Assembly (NCBI GenBank): GCA_030141605.1
Contig: JAQGDQ010000167.1
Location: 87,877 to 151,876 of the forward strand
DNA length: 64,000 bases
Origin: Tubiluchus corallicola
Lineage: Eukaryota > Animalia > Priapulida
Reading direction: 5' to 3'
In this document: positions 34,051 to 47,300 of the stretch, one piece after another
How the letters are laid out: every line of letters starts with the position of its first letter
How positions within the stretch are numbered: the stretch's first letter is position 1
Made by a program: the position numbers and the translations under genes
Notes under the pieces: generated by a model
What the model was told of the DNA's origin: nothing
The model's input: only the letters and a program-made list of their open reading frames with translations
Database searches by the model: none

Positions 34051-36465
34051 CTAACAAAAATGCTGTTATGAATAGATATTAGATTATGTCTACAGGAATT
34101 GTTGAATTTTAGCTAAAAGGTTCTTTCGTTATAAAATGATATTCGTTACAAGTTGCTGTAACACAATTTAATACTACTACAATACTATAACGCACTGTAA
34201 TATTATAACCAGTATTTTTCAAATCACAAAAAAGTCTAAAGTAAAAAATCGGTCAAACTTTTTGTTGTTCTCGTCATCTTGTTCGCAGTGTATTGTGGCA
34301 AGAAGCAACAATTTGAGGAGCGCACATTCACTTGTTTGCATTGCGACACATGCTTTAAGGTTTCCCATTGTTCTGTGTAATGTTACACCTGTTAAATCAA
34401 CATTACGGTGACTACACATTTTAAATCTGCAAATTTGTGAGGGTAATTTTTTAATAAAGTAATTTAGCAATGCTGTGTTTCTGTTGCCTTGGTACTTAGT
34501 AATAATGAAACTAGATGCACATTGCACACGTTAAACAAACAACATTATGGTAAGTGATTAGTTTTAAAAAGTTGACAGCTAATGATTTGTTTCATTCGTA
34601 TTTATTACTCATTGCAATTAATATACTTTTGGCGAAAATGAATTCAATGTTTCCGCTTGTTTATGACTGAAAATCAATAATTGGTCGTCAGTGTTTGTTC
34701 AAGCAAATGATGATTAGTGGTATGTGATTTGATATCAAAACAGGACTGCCTTCTGTTGATCTGATTTTGCTGAACAGTTCATGTTTAATTAATAAATTGT
34801 AGCAGCAAATATTTTAATATCTGCAGTTGCTAAAGTCACGATTCTGCAATTTAGAATGTTGCTTGGAAATTTTGTCTTTAAATGGTGAATCTTTTCTACT
34901 GGTCAGGAATTGCAATTGACCATCTCTTATTTCCACACTGAATTGCATGATAATCACTTTCATTGCTGGGTCAAAACTGCAAATTCAATAGCTCATAGGC
35001 TAATTATAGGTAGAGTGTAAGGTGTCGCTATTTATTATTTGTACTTTTACCATTGCGATGTGATTGATGTAAATACTTTTTTGACTACCGCTGTATTCTG
35101 ACTGTGTTTGTATTATTGTGTTCGCTGGATGCATAGAGTCGTAGATACAAAGCTCACAATTGGAATTGTTCAATTTTGTCTCGGCTCCTGCATGTTGTAT
35201 TTTTTCAGGCAAAAAGTTAGTCTACCAACAAGAGTTTGACACATTTTGCATGTTTGTTAGAATGATGTTAATTGTTTGTGTCTCAGCAGCCTGGCATACA
35301 TTTTGCTTAGATATTGAACGGCCACAATTTTGTGTTATAACGTGTTATTATGTGTGACCAAGAGGCCCGTTTTTCTTTCATGAACGATTATTATTACACA
35401 TTTCGTGGATTTTCTAACTTGTTAAGTTTGCTTGTAATTTAATGTAAATTCTCTAAACTTTCTAAACCCTGGAAATTTTAGTACCACTAATTCTAATTTC
35501 CACTGAATTGTGCATACTGCGTGTGTATTATTCTTAAATCTGTTGTAAAGACTGATTTTGGTGTTGCTGATCATATTTTCCTGAAGCTGTGTTTCATTTG
35601 TAGCATTGATTAGGATTGCATCATCGCCATTATCCAATGCCTTTATTTTAAATTACTAAAAGCAGTACAGAACTGTACAAATATGTAATGCATGCTTGAG
35701 GAATTACAACATCATTTTTAATCGATTCATAATGACCTTGGACAGCAAAGATTTGTACTGTTTGTCCATTATTTATAGTCTATTTTATTTGGTAAATAAA
35801 TAATTGTATATATACGTAAGCGCAAGTGTTATATCACTGTTATTACCATCACGTTGTCGTAATTGTAACATCTTATTGATGAACACTTTAGCATAAAAAT
35901 ATTGGATATCCTTGTATTGTTCTCATTTTAACAAAAGCTGCTGAGCTCCAGTTCAGTCTTACAATATCTACATGCTTGTAGCTTGTAACACTGTTATTAT
36001 ATTCCAGGTCTATGGTCTATGCCACACCAGATGGCACATTAATAATAAGCAGGATAGGTATGGGCGATTGGTCATTGTCGTAGTCGGTAATGGTGACTTA
36101 GATTTTCCAACTGAAATACCATTTGTTTGCTAATGGCTTCTGAGTCAGTTAGGATGTAGAAAAACTTTCTTCACTACATGCTTGCGTGCGTATGAACATT
36201 CTCTAATAGCCTGGGAGGTAAATTTTGTAATATAATGTGATCATATTTCTTTTCAAGCTGTTGCCTGTCTGCGACCCATTGCACGTGTTATTAACACGTT
36301 GAACAATCCAACGCGAGACTATCTCAACATGTAACCTTTTCTTATACTCCCATAACAACCATCACATTTCTCATAACAATGACGTTTAGTCACATCCTTG
36401 TTTGAACAGGAACCATGAGACGAAACCTGAGTACGGTTCCTGGTGCCGACAGGTGTGCTTCATTA

Positions 36466-36906
36466 CAGGGTTCCCACAGAAATTTATAATAAATTTCCCT
36501 GACTTTTCCATGACCAAGAAAAGTAGAAATTGCATTACCAGTATACATATATTCAAACACTTTTATGTATGGACATTCATACATATACTGTGTCGGCACT
36601 GTTGCAGTAGTGCTAACGAGATTACACTAATCACATTAAATAAACTTTCTTAATCCAATCATTATTTTTGGAACAGAAATCGAAACTGGGAGCCTGCCAT
36701 AGCAAAATTTTATTGGAATACGAATTGTTGAAAACCATGTTTGGAAAATATCGGTTGATAGTGATTAGTTTTGCAACCCTTTCCAATTTCCCCGACTTTT
36801 TGCTCTGTTTTCGTCATTTTCTCCGACTTTTTACCTAATTATCTTTCTCTGACTTTCCAGGATAGCCTGTATTTTCAAGAATTTTCCCCTGACTGTGGGA
36901 ACCGTG
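36466..36906. mobile_element. MITE, second copy at 51060-51521
   Basis: TA|CAGGGTTCCCACAG ... CTGTGGGAACCGTG|TA; body alignable with 51060-51521. Confidence 0.8.
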
Positions 36907-37023
36907 TATTAGCGAATTCTCGTCTACTTATACATATACTTCACACGTAACTTATCCACGTTATTTCTGCTTGCAAACCAAAACCATCCATAAGTTGGCA
37001 TAGCTAAAACTGTGCTATGATGC

Positions 37024-38198
37024 TTCAAGGTAGAATGCACCAAAAATTTGGTCAAATGTCAATTTTTCATATTTTATGAAAAACGATGCTAAATATATTG
37101 GACTTTTATATTCTAGTATCAATTATCAAGAAAATGTTCAAAAATACTAAGAATTTTAATTTTCTAATTTGTTACCACATTAGTGTCTAGAAACTAGAAC
37201 TGCAATTGTAAAAAACTTGTATTTTCAAACTCTAATAGTAGTTCCTGGAAGCAGTCATTTTGCTTCAGGTTTTTTCCTGTTGCTAACTCTGATTTTCATC
37301 GGGAAGAGCCATCTACTAGGTTTAAGCATAACTTCAATATGCACTTGTAAAGTCCTTAGGCGCCACACATTCCTACAGTTGCTAAGTGTTTTGTAGAAAT
37401 GCGACAAAAACCGATGGTTAGCTTTAACAGTGGTTTTCTCAAGATTATGTTTTTTACTGCATAATCTATCCTATTCACATATCCTGAATCTCCATTTCAT
37501 GAGGATCATTTTGATACCAAGTTTATCGCTCTATGTTATTTCTAAGCTGGGATAATCCACGTTGAAGTTGAGGTGCAGGCTACGCAGTGAAAAACATAAT
37601 CTTGAGAAAATCACTGTTAAAGTTAACCATCGGTTACATATATATCATGTACACAATCAAATATAACGTTTCCTTCTTTGTATTTTACAGTTATTGCCAG
37701 TTGTTATTTTTTGACCACCTAGAGAGCCTAATTTTTAAGTTTTGGGGAGCTTGATTGTTTTTATGAAGCTATATGAGTGAAATGCGCACAACACATTCTA
37801 ACACGTCTCAGAAGATATTTGAGTTAAGCTCACTGGGCTTTCAGTTTCAATTCTGAAAATAAATAAATATGTTTACAAAAAAGTATTTAGAAGTAAATGA
37901 ATTTCAGCAGCTTACAATGCTGGGTAAAAGTAATGAAAAACTTGAAAAGTCCTGCAGAAAATGCACTAAAACAAAACAGTCAGATCTTGTGGCAAAAAAC
38001 AGAGACAATGTTAGTTTTTTTACAATTGCTGTACTAGTTTCAAGGCAAAGAAATGGGCACGGGGATACAAAATTAAATTTTTAGTTTTTTTGGACATTTT
38101 CTTAACAATTTGATGCTAGAACATAAAAGTCCAATATATTTAGCGTTCGTTTTCATGAAAAAAATAACATTTAAATTTTTGGTGCATTCTACTTTGAA
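37024..38198. mobile_element. DNA element with long subterminal inverted repeats, hosting a nested hairpin MITE
   Basis: TTCAAGGTAGAATGCACCAAAA at 37024 and TTTTGGTGCATTCTACTTTGAA ending near 38198; inverted similarity continues inward (gctaaatatattggactttta / taaaagtccaatatatttagc); related fragment at about 33635-33835. Confidence 0.65.
37409..37635. mobile_element. Hairpin MITE with ~50-bp inverted arms
   Basis: AACCGATGGTTAGCTTTAACAGTGGTTTTCTCAAGATTATGTTTTT and its near-perfect reverse complement ending at 37635. Confidence 0.8.
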
Positions 38199-38400
38199 TC
38201 ATCATAACGTAGTTTTAACTATACCGACTTATGGACGATTTTGTTATGGAAGTACACACATAATAAATGGCTACTCTCTGAGATTATACTGGTTGGTTTC
38301 GGAGTGGATTATTCATCATGTTATGAAATAGTGCCACAAAAAATGAACAAGCAATAGGTTCATTGAAAGAGCATCCCGGGCACTCGAGGTGTGAAAACAA

Positions 38401-38470
38401 TCACCAACTGAACAGAGAATTGAAGCTACTTTTGCTCGAATCTTCCACACTCGTCTGTTGTCTTAATAGG
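38401..38470 (-). CDS. Candidate alternative terminal exon of twinfilin
   Basis: ttgcag acceptor at 38471-38472; phase 2; encodes LLRQQTSVEDSSKSSFNSLFSW-stop; in phase with a GTAGGT donor at 44344. Confidence 0.45.
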
Positions 38471-39647
38471 CTGCAACATAAAATCAATCTCCAGTTCATT
38501 AAAACAAAAACTCGAGTCTTTTAAACAGCTAAAAATAAATTTTCAAGATTCAGCATGTTACTGTTAACCTGGTGATGAGCATAACCAAGTTAGAACAAGT
38601 AATGATTTAATAAAAACCAAGAGACAACAAAAAAGCAACATAGCTGCTTTTTGACAACGTGCAACTTCTGCTACAGACGTCTGTACTTTTGCCAGATGAT
38701 GTCAATTTGAGCTATTAAACATGCTCAACATTTATAAAAACTTTTTTGTCATAATTGTTCATGGGCAAATTGTTATCTAGACAACTTGCTCACTATGAAG
38801 AAATTCCAGTAAAAGAATGCTATTTGCCAGACTATAGCATTGTTATCCAAGATGAACAAATGAAAGAGCAAAATGAGCTTCTTAGTAATTACATTTTGAT
38901 GCAAAACGGTTGTGAAAAGACTGACATTTAATTTTTAGCCAAGAAGACTGTTATCGCCACTGCACATCACACACACACGCTACTCATGCACAGCACAAAA
39001 ATAAAGCTGAACATTAATCTATTAGTACAGAAAGTTGATACTAGGTGATGCTTTAGTATAGTGAAAACTATGAGATTGTCTAATTGTAAAACCTTGAAAT
39101 TAAAACCACAAACGATAAATTATTGTACAAATCACCAAGATTCTTATTACATTTATCATCTTCATTATTACATATTAGCAACATTTACATTTTGTATGTT
39201 AGCACACATTTTGCAACGTAAAATATATGAATATATAATACGCAAACAAAAATGCAATAAGTTCTTGCATTAAACTCATAAGGTTATCTTCTACAATGTC
39301 ATTAAAACATTTTGCTAGTAGAAAGAAAAAGAAAGAAAGCTTATTAACGCTCATTTTGCTTAGGTGACTAGATGAGAAGAACTGTTTATTCAATGTTAAT
39401 TAGCACAAACCTTCATGTGAAAAAATTACGGAAAACTCGGACAGACAACAATTTTTACCTATTTGGATTCATAAAAAGATTTCTGCTACTGATAATGTAC
39501 ATGTTTTCTCAATAATTGGCAAGCATGGATAATATTGTTACTTTTAGCTAGTTAGCTGTTAAATTAATGAAATATTAAATTAGCTGTTAAACAACCTTTT
39601 GTCTGTTTTTAGCATTCAAGTACTGCAAATCAGGCAAAGCCACAGTC

Positions 39648-40051
39648 AACAAGCCTTTTCACAATTTTGCTATGCGCATGCTCAGTTGCTGTAGGTAAGA
39701 GGTTAAGTGTACCACAGTAATGCGTCTTAACTACAACTGCCATGTGATGTGTGTGTAAAGCAAAACCGTCCACCACATCAGTTCAGTGACTTCAGTTGTT
39801 TTACGAGGACTTTACTTAATTATTCTTTAGTCAGTGCGTAGAGTTTTTTTACTAGCAGGATCTTGCTTGGGAACAAGAAAAATGAACTTGGTAAGGTTCT
39901 AGCTAGCTGTTAAAACACATTACAATTGTTACTATTACGATAACGTGAGCCACGAAGTGTGTCAAGTGTACACAAGTGTGTTGTCTGTTACACTTAACCT
40001 TTGACCTTTTCACAATCATCGTCAATCGCTGTAACTGCGAAAAGGCTTATT
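39648..40051. mobile_element. ~400-bp MITE family A, copy 1 of 5
   Basis: Termini AATAAGCCTTTTCACAGTT / AACTGTGAAAAGGCTTATT (consensus); body shared with 43331, 48811, 55350 and 63531. Confidence 0.85.
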
Positions 40052-40665
40052 AGATCAAGCATTATAGCAAAACACCTAGCTCGCGAAATAATGAAATAAC
40101 CATTAGGCTAATATGAACTTTACTACACAACCTATATCAAATGGTTAGCAAAATATGTATAAAATGGTATCAAATGTTTAGTCAAACAAGCCTAAGGCCA
40201 TTTCACACTGGGATTCCATTCTGAAATTTACCATTTCCTGTCTAAAAAAGGCGAGTTTTAAAAGCAGTCGACTTGCATGTCAATGATATAATCAGAGCTA
40301 ATTAACAAGTGTAAAGTCTTAGTTCTAAAATTAAATATGGAAAGGCAAAACACGCAAAAAAACTAAGCAGCTCTGGATGAATTGTTAAGCAGAGACTGCT
40401 AAAACAATTTCATGTGAAAAACCTTTACCTAAATACAATTTATCATTAGCTATATATGTAGTGCATAATTAATTTTGCATGTCAATTTATGTGAAATAAA
40501 AGAATAGACTTAAACTTTTATGGCTACAAACACTTATGACTGCACATTGCAAGCCAATGTCTAATATATTAATTATAACAATGCAGTGAATACATAATAG
40601 TAATGGAAGGCTTTCTTATAAACAAAACGTGATACTAAATAACATTTATTGTGAAGGCCTAGATT

Positions 40666-41454
40666 CAGTGGCGGCTCGTGTATAGGTACTGTGGAACTGC
40701 GGCACCCCCTATTTTCATTCGATATTATCGCTAATATTCAATATAATGAGTCTTTTCCTTTAATTCCTTATACATACTTGTACATACTTGCAAATCCTTG
40801 TACGGAACCAGAGCACATGACGGAACTGTGCGCTTCACAGCTCCAGCGATGTGCATGTCACAGTTCCAGCGATGTGCATGTCACAGTTCCAGCGATGTGC
40901 ATGTCACAGTTCCAGCGATGTGCATGTCACAGTTCCAGCACTGCGCATGTCACAGTTCCAGCGATGTGCATGTCACAGTTCCAGCGATGTGCATGTCACC
41001 ATTCCAGCGATGTGCATGTCACAGTTCCAGCACTGCGCATGTCACAGTTCCAGCGATGTGGTGTTTGGCTGTTGTGGGCATGCGGCCATGTGCATGTCTG
41101 AGATAAGACACTGTGCTCTAGGTAGAGAGAGAGAGGACTGCCGCTCACGCAGTGTCGATCAAAGAGAAAATTATTAATCTTTTCGCGCAAAATAAAACAA
41201 GAAGAATGGATTTTGTTTTTAAATGAATGGATAATTTAAACATAAATCAACTAAACAAATTAGTTAATTGGATTAATTTAATGTGAACTGTACCAATTTA
41301 GGCTATTAGTAAAAAAGATTTTTTTGTTTAGGATTTTATCAAATGTATGTAAAAAGTTTTTTTTTATATGTTTGTTTCATTTTACACAATATCAAAACAA
41401 TGGCTAAAATTTTTGAAGCAGCACCCCACTAATTTTAGCTATGAGCCGTCACTG
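40666..41454. mobile_element. hAT-like MITE with internal 23-bp tandem expansion
   Basis: Termini CAGTGGCGGCTC / GAGCCGTCACTG, flanks CCTAGATT/TCTAGATC; sister copy 47783-48331. Confidence 0.8.
40836..41060. repeat. 23-bp minisatellite, about 10 copies
   Basis: Unit cacagttccagcgatgtgcatgt. Confidence 0.92.
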
Positions 41455-42520
41455 TCTAGATCTTTTCATACAAAGATACCATACTGGAACACTGTCAAAG
41501 CAATACACATATAAGGTCTAATTTTTCTACACATTTGTTTAGTGGAATGTTAAATTGACTAATGAAAAAAGTTCTCCTAGATACCTGCTAAGACAGAATT
41601 AACAGACAGCCAGAAAGAAAGTGTATGAAAGACTGGCAAAGAGCAAGTTCTGGCAAAAAGGAGAAGACGAATGTGCAAGAGAAAAACAAACTAAAGCAGA
41701 AAAAGTTACAGGAAAGAGGGCAGAGGGAGGAGAAAGAGGAAGAGGGAGAAACCGAGAGAAGGAGAGAGAGAGCCACACACAGATAGAAACTGCACGCAAA
41801 ATTGAGAGCGGCAGAAACTGAGAGAGGAAGAAAGAAAGAGAGAGAGAGGAGAGAGAGAATATTAGATTAATATGACAACAAGAGCAAGCAGAAATCTGAC
41901 TGAAGAAAAAATAAAAGGCAAATGTCACACAACAACGTAATGACAGACCAGTATAAAATATAAGGCCTTAATAACAAATCATAATTTTTCTGTTACATAA
42001 CAATATCACACTTGGCAGCAATCACATACATTATTAAGCATCAAAGCTGGACGTTTATCGTAATAGCTAGCAACTGTTTTATACTTTGAATAAATAAGTA
42101 TTACATATTGGAATTCAGGCTACAGTGTACAAAAAGTTTTCTATAAAAATAGCATACGTGAAAATATGAATTAACAATCTAGTATTTAAGCACTGCTTCG
42201 TTCGTTTTGCATTTGAAAACAAGTTACAAAAGGTGCTGCTATGAGTCAAAAAACAGTGATTCAGATAATAAAGGTAACTCTTTTTGCTAGATCATTTTTT
42301 CTACTTCAGTGCTCTTACTGCTCTGCTCTAAAAGGCACTGAAAGGTACATGAGATAACAGCTCAGCCAGTAAGACACTAATCCCAGATACTTCAAAAAAA
42401 TATCAAAAGGCGGTAAAGAACTGCTTAAAAAATTGAAAGGTTTCAATAGAGTTTTGAAGACGATGCAACACACACAGGTAAGTGTTTAGCAACAGTTTAT
42501 CAGTAAGTTGACAAACAGAT

Positions 42521-43183
42521 CAGACATGCGCGGATAACGGATTTGCGGTCATGTGGTTGCGAAATTTGCACAAATTTTTTGCAGATAGCGACTTATTGCG
42601 GATATGCGGACTGCAGATTTTTAATGCATAAAATCGCAGATTTTACCCGAAATTGCAGTATGCAAAAGCCACTTATGTAAAGCAAATTTTCAAGTGTTTG
42701 CACGAAAAATTGACCAAATTTTAGTTCGTTAAGCATTCCCTTGCACATTAAAAGGTTTCCTGGCACACTAAACGTGTTTTGTCACTAGTTTATTTTAAGA
42801 TGTCCTGATCACCTCTTGCTTTTTTGCTCCTTTCCGTTATTTTACCTGAAAATTTATAGGTGCAAAACATTTGTTATAATTACAAATATTATAGTTTTTT
42901 ACTCGAGCCTGTTATGGTTTGTGGTGTGGTGTGATGGGCATGATATGGTTAAGTGAAGTACTATGTAGGCCTACATCGTGCTGTGTGACTTGTCGTTGAA
43001 GGTTTACAAGCAAAATTGGGGTTTGGTAAATTTTTTATTATTGATTCCTGATGATAACTCCTAGCTTCATACAAAAACACGTTGTAGGGCACACATAGCA
43101 AGCTTGGCTGTTGCCTATATTTTTGCGGATAATGCGGATATTCAATTTTTCACTCAATCCGCAGATTTTGCTGCCCATATCTG
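42521..43183. mobile_element. hAT-like MITE
   Basis: CAGACATG...CATATCTG termini, GCGGAT subterminal repeats, perfect 8-bp target duplication AAACAGAT. Confidence 0.8.
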
Positions 43184-43330
43184 AAACAGATATCCCGAGA
43201 AACTGACAAAACAAAAGTGAAAACTGATTTCCGCAGGTCTTAATAATGACAGGTGAAAATGCCATCTCTTTTGATCATTAAATTTAAATCTAAATAGATT
43301 TACACTTTTAACCTTTGTCAGAAATAATCA

Positions 43331-43724
43331 AATAAGCCTTTTCACAGTTTGGCTATGCGTACGCGCAGTTGCTGTAGGTTAGAGGTTAAGTGTACCACAG
43401 TAACGTGTCTTAACTACAACCGTCACATGACATGTAGATAAAGCAAAGCTGGCTGCCACATCAGTTCAGTAACTTCAGTTGTTTTACATGGACTTTACTT
43501 AATTACGAATTAGTCTGTGCATAGAAGATTTACTAGCAGGATCTTGCTTGGGAACTAGATAAAATGAACTAGGTAAGGTTCTAGGGAGCTGTTAAAACTG
43601 TTACTGTTACAACAGCATGGACTGCAAGGCATTGTCAAGTGTACACAAATACCTTGTCTGGTGAACTTAACTTTTGAGTGTTTCAAGATCATCATCAATC
43701 GCTGAAATTGTGAAAAGTCTTATT
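43331..43724. mobile_element. MITE family A, copy 2
   Basis: Same termini and body as 39648-40051. Confidence 0.85.
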
Positions 43725-44340
43725 TGCTACAGTACGAGAAGCTTCAGATCTCATAAGCTGAACGGATTCCAATAAAATTCTACCAACAAGGCACAGCATG
43801 AAAGAGGAACGTACTCTAGGTAGTATATCAGGCAAGGCAAATATAAAAATCTTCAAAGTTATCATCATAGATTGGCTTATCATTAAGCGCAGTTGCCATA
43901 CCTACAGGTCTGATCAATCAGAGCAATTTGCAAGATGTTACTTAAAAATTTACTTTGTTACTTACGAGAAGCACGTGAAGCAAAAGGAAGACTTCTGCAC
44001 AAAAACATGAACTGACATTGTTTACCATTAATTTAACAACTTCCTGAAAAATAACAACTACTCACTTCTGAAGATGGGGACACAGTGATGAAAACATTGC
44101 TGTTGTATAGTACATATGCAATCACTAAGACTACAATGGCTGCCATTTAAGTTACAATTACTTCGGTTTAATAACGCAACCAGAAACAAACATTAGGAAT
44201 ATATTATTATAATTATTTTAGCAAGCTACAAAATGCATCAGGTGTGATAATAGTACAAAAACTGGTCCCACATGCAATTAATTTAGCAACTACAAAGGCT
44301 AGAGCGGCAATCCAGTCACATTCACACACGGCAGCACCAC

Positions 44341-47300
44341 CTACTTTTTGGTAATTCGTTTCTGTCCTCGGTTGTCCGGACCTTTCGGCTTGGCAAACTT
44401 CATTTTGTGCACGTGTTGTTTTGGGTGGACTTCATCATAAAGAAACTGTTCTGTTAACTCAGAACCAGTGTCAATTTCAACCTGTAAATAATGCAAATAC
44501 AGTATAATACCATCGTAGCAGACATGGTTTACTGTACGCACATGAGTAATGCCAACTCACGAACTTTCGTCATTCATTTAACTAGTATAATAGCATTAAA
44601 CAGAGTGTATTCGGACATTGAACAAATGTGGACGTTTTGACAGGCCCATTGCCAGCATTACTATGTATTTATAAGTTTTTATTGCGTACTTTACCTTTGA
44701 AAGCTGTTGGCAAATGAATTTACAGGTAAATTTAACTCATCATTCTTGGTGTTGCAAAAAATTTGTTGGGCAGGCATCATGTGAAGTGTTAACATGTTGT
44801 GTTGAAAGGTCATTTTCTCTGCTAGCTGAACAAAAACAATAAGTAACTCGGTGGCTTGGCAAGCAGCTGTTTTACGTTGGAACACAGCCAGCGCGCTGCT
44901 GAGATGTTTCATAAAGTGATGAATCCTACGGGGAAACTTTTTATACCCGGGACAAATAGAAATTTTATGTAAAACAATTTAATATACAACGTACACACAA
45001 TTTAATATAAAACGTTCATCAATTATTAGTTTATTGATATCACACAAAATAATTTTGTTGAATTTGAGAACAATGCAAAGTAGCTGACAGCATCTTATAA
45101 AAGTACTTTATATCCTCTACAAAGCCGCACTTCATACACTGTTTATACATTTTTACTATTAATACACGCTTGTCCATCTACCAGTCGTATAAAAACGATT
45201 AGCTAAGAATGCTTATAGGTTCCTGCTAAATTTGCTGTAATGATGTTATACTGTTTGCAGAGTAAAACAAACAAGGTCAAAGGAGAAATTAAATGCCTAG
45301 TCTGTCAACGAGCAAGACCTGCTAAGTTGACAAAATACTGACAATTAATTTAAACACTGCTTCGTTTGCGAATTAACGACTTAAAAAGGGACGCAAAAGT
45401 TTAAATGTTTCACCTTTCTTGCCAATAGCTGTCATCACCCTTTGAATAATATGCAACGAGTTGCACTTATTAGTGTTTCGATTCTGGTGGCACCATCTAC
45501 TTAAATAACATAAGTTAACATATCTTTAAAACTAGTTATATATGAGTGCTCAATTTTGCAAAAAAGCTATTGAAAAGGACCATAAACTTTATCGAAAATG
45601 TATGTTCAGCTAATGACCGCACAACCCTTTAACTGACTCACTGAATATTATAACTCAGTCTGACAGGCATAAAAATGTTCTACAGTATAGTTTACATTAT
45701 TAAATACGTTACGGTTTAAGAAAACATTTTAGTTTAACACAGGAACATGTGTTAACAAAGCTGACAGCACATATCGTTCAATGTTACTTACTTTTCTAGC
45801 TATAGGTAATTGCACGTAATGTTCTATGGTGTCTAACAATGGTCCTTTACAGCTAGAATACAACATTCTCTCCCTGATTGAGCAAGTATAGCCAGGCATT
45901 GAATATATAAATACTAAAAAAAAAATCAATAAAAAGTTTAGTTGAAAACATTGCATTAAAGCAGGTAATAGACATTTGTATAAAAGTGACTAAATTATGT
46001 TAAGACGCCAATTACGTAATTAGCATAAAGTTGTGGTTAAGGCTTGTGAGAGTTAGTGTGAGGTTAAAAACAGGTATGAATAGTTAGAGTGTCGTGTCTT
46101 CTGCAACTGCCACTGGATGCCTGTTCCAGAGAATTACTGCACTTTGAAAAACTAAATTCTACGCTTTGAAAAAGAATCAGTGGTGAAAGAAAACTTGATG
46201 AACAGGGAACATTTTCTCAAAATTATTACTTTTACTATTACTTTTATGAAAAACTGAAATCAACGCATCATTTAAACAGACAGTATTTTAAAAATGACGT
46301 ACTAAAAATAGCTTACAAGACTAATCTACAGTTTGACACTGAAAAGAGAAGGCACCATAGTTTGACTCTGAAAAAAGGAGGCACCACAGTTTGACTCTGA
46401 AAAAAGGAGGCAATCGACAGACCTTAAATAAAAGTGAAGGGTGACTAGAATTGCAAATACACATGACAGTAAAAATGTAGAACTATCACAGATTGCTCCT
46501 ATCAGTGAGACAAATGCCATCTATTGATTGCTTAAAACAACATACCTATACTTTCTAAGTAATCACCCTCGTGTGTATGTGGAAAGTTAAACAGGTGATA
46601 TCTAGCATGATCACTCGGTACTTTAGCAGGAAGCTGCTCCACAGTAATTGAACAAGCATCTTCCAGTTCTATTGTTTCCTTGGCGATGTCGATGCTCTGA
46701 AAAAGCAAGAATCTTGGTTGATTAGTCACTCAGGTACTTTTTCTTATAAAATGGGTGTGAACAAGGTTCCCTATTTTCACATTGATTTAGGCAACAGGTG
46801 ATGCATTTAGTCACAATTATTATTATCAGCATCATTACATTCAGCCTGCCATCATTTTAAACAGGTTTGCAGATTTCAGTCGAAGTCTTTTAATGCAATG
46901 AAACATGGTCAATGCATTTCATTTTCATATCGTGAGATTCCACAACATTCAGTACAAATTTGACTTCTACTTTGATTTTTCACAAATACATCAAATGAGC
47001 AGTTTGGGTGAACAGAGGAAATGACTGGCACCTTCTTTCAAGGTTTCTTCACATTGCCCGATGGTAGTTACTATTATACCAATCAAGCTGTTAACGATGT
47101 ATAATGACAATTTCATTGAGAATATTTCACTCACAGATTGTGTTGTGACTTTTTACATTTTTAACCAAAATTGTGCAAAATTTGAGTCTACTTTTACTGC
47201 TCTTTAAATATTTATGCAAACAGCAAAAGTTTGAGAAACAATTAAAAATAAAACCAAAGCAGTTCCTTTATTTTTGTGATAGGTGAAAGTACAGTTCAGT

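Noticed and set aside
40691-41177. Cys/His-rich repeat proteins in three frames (also 48757-49331 and 55788-56111)
   Set aside because: Translations of minisatellites inside MITEs.
41588-41928. Charged or hydrophobic ORFs
   Set aside because: GA-rich low-complexity tract with no splice support.
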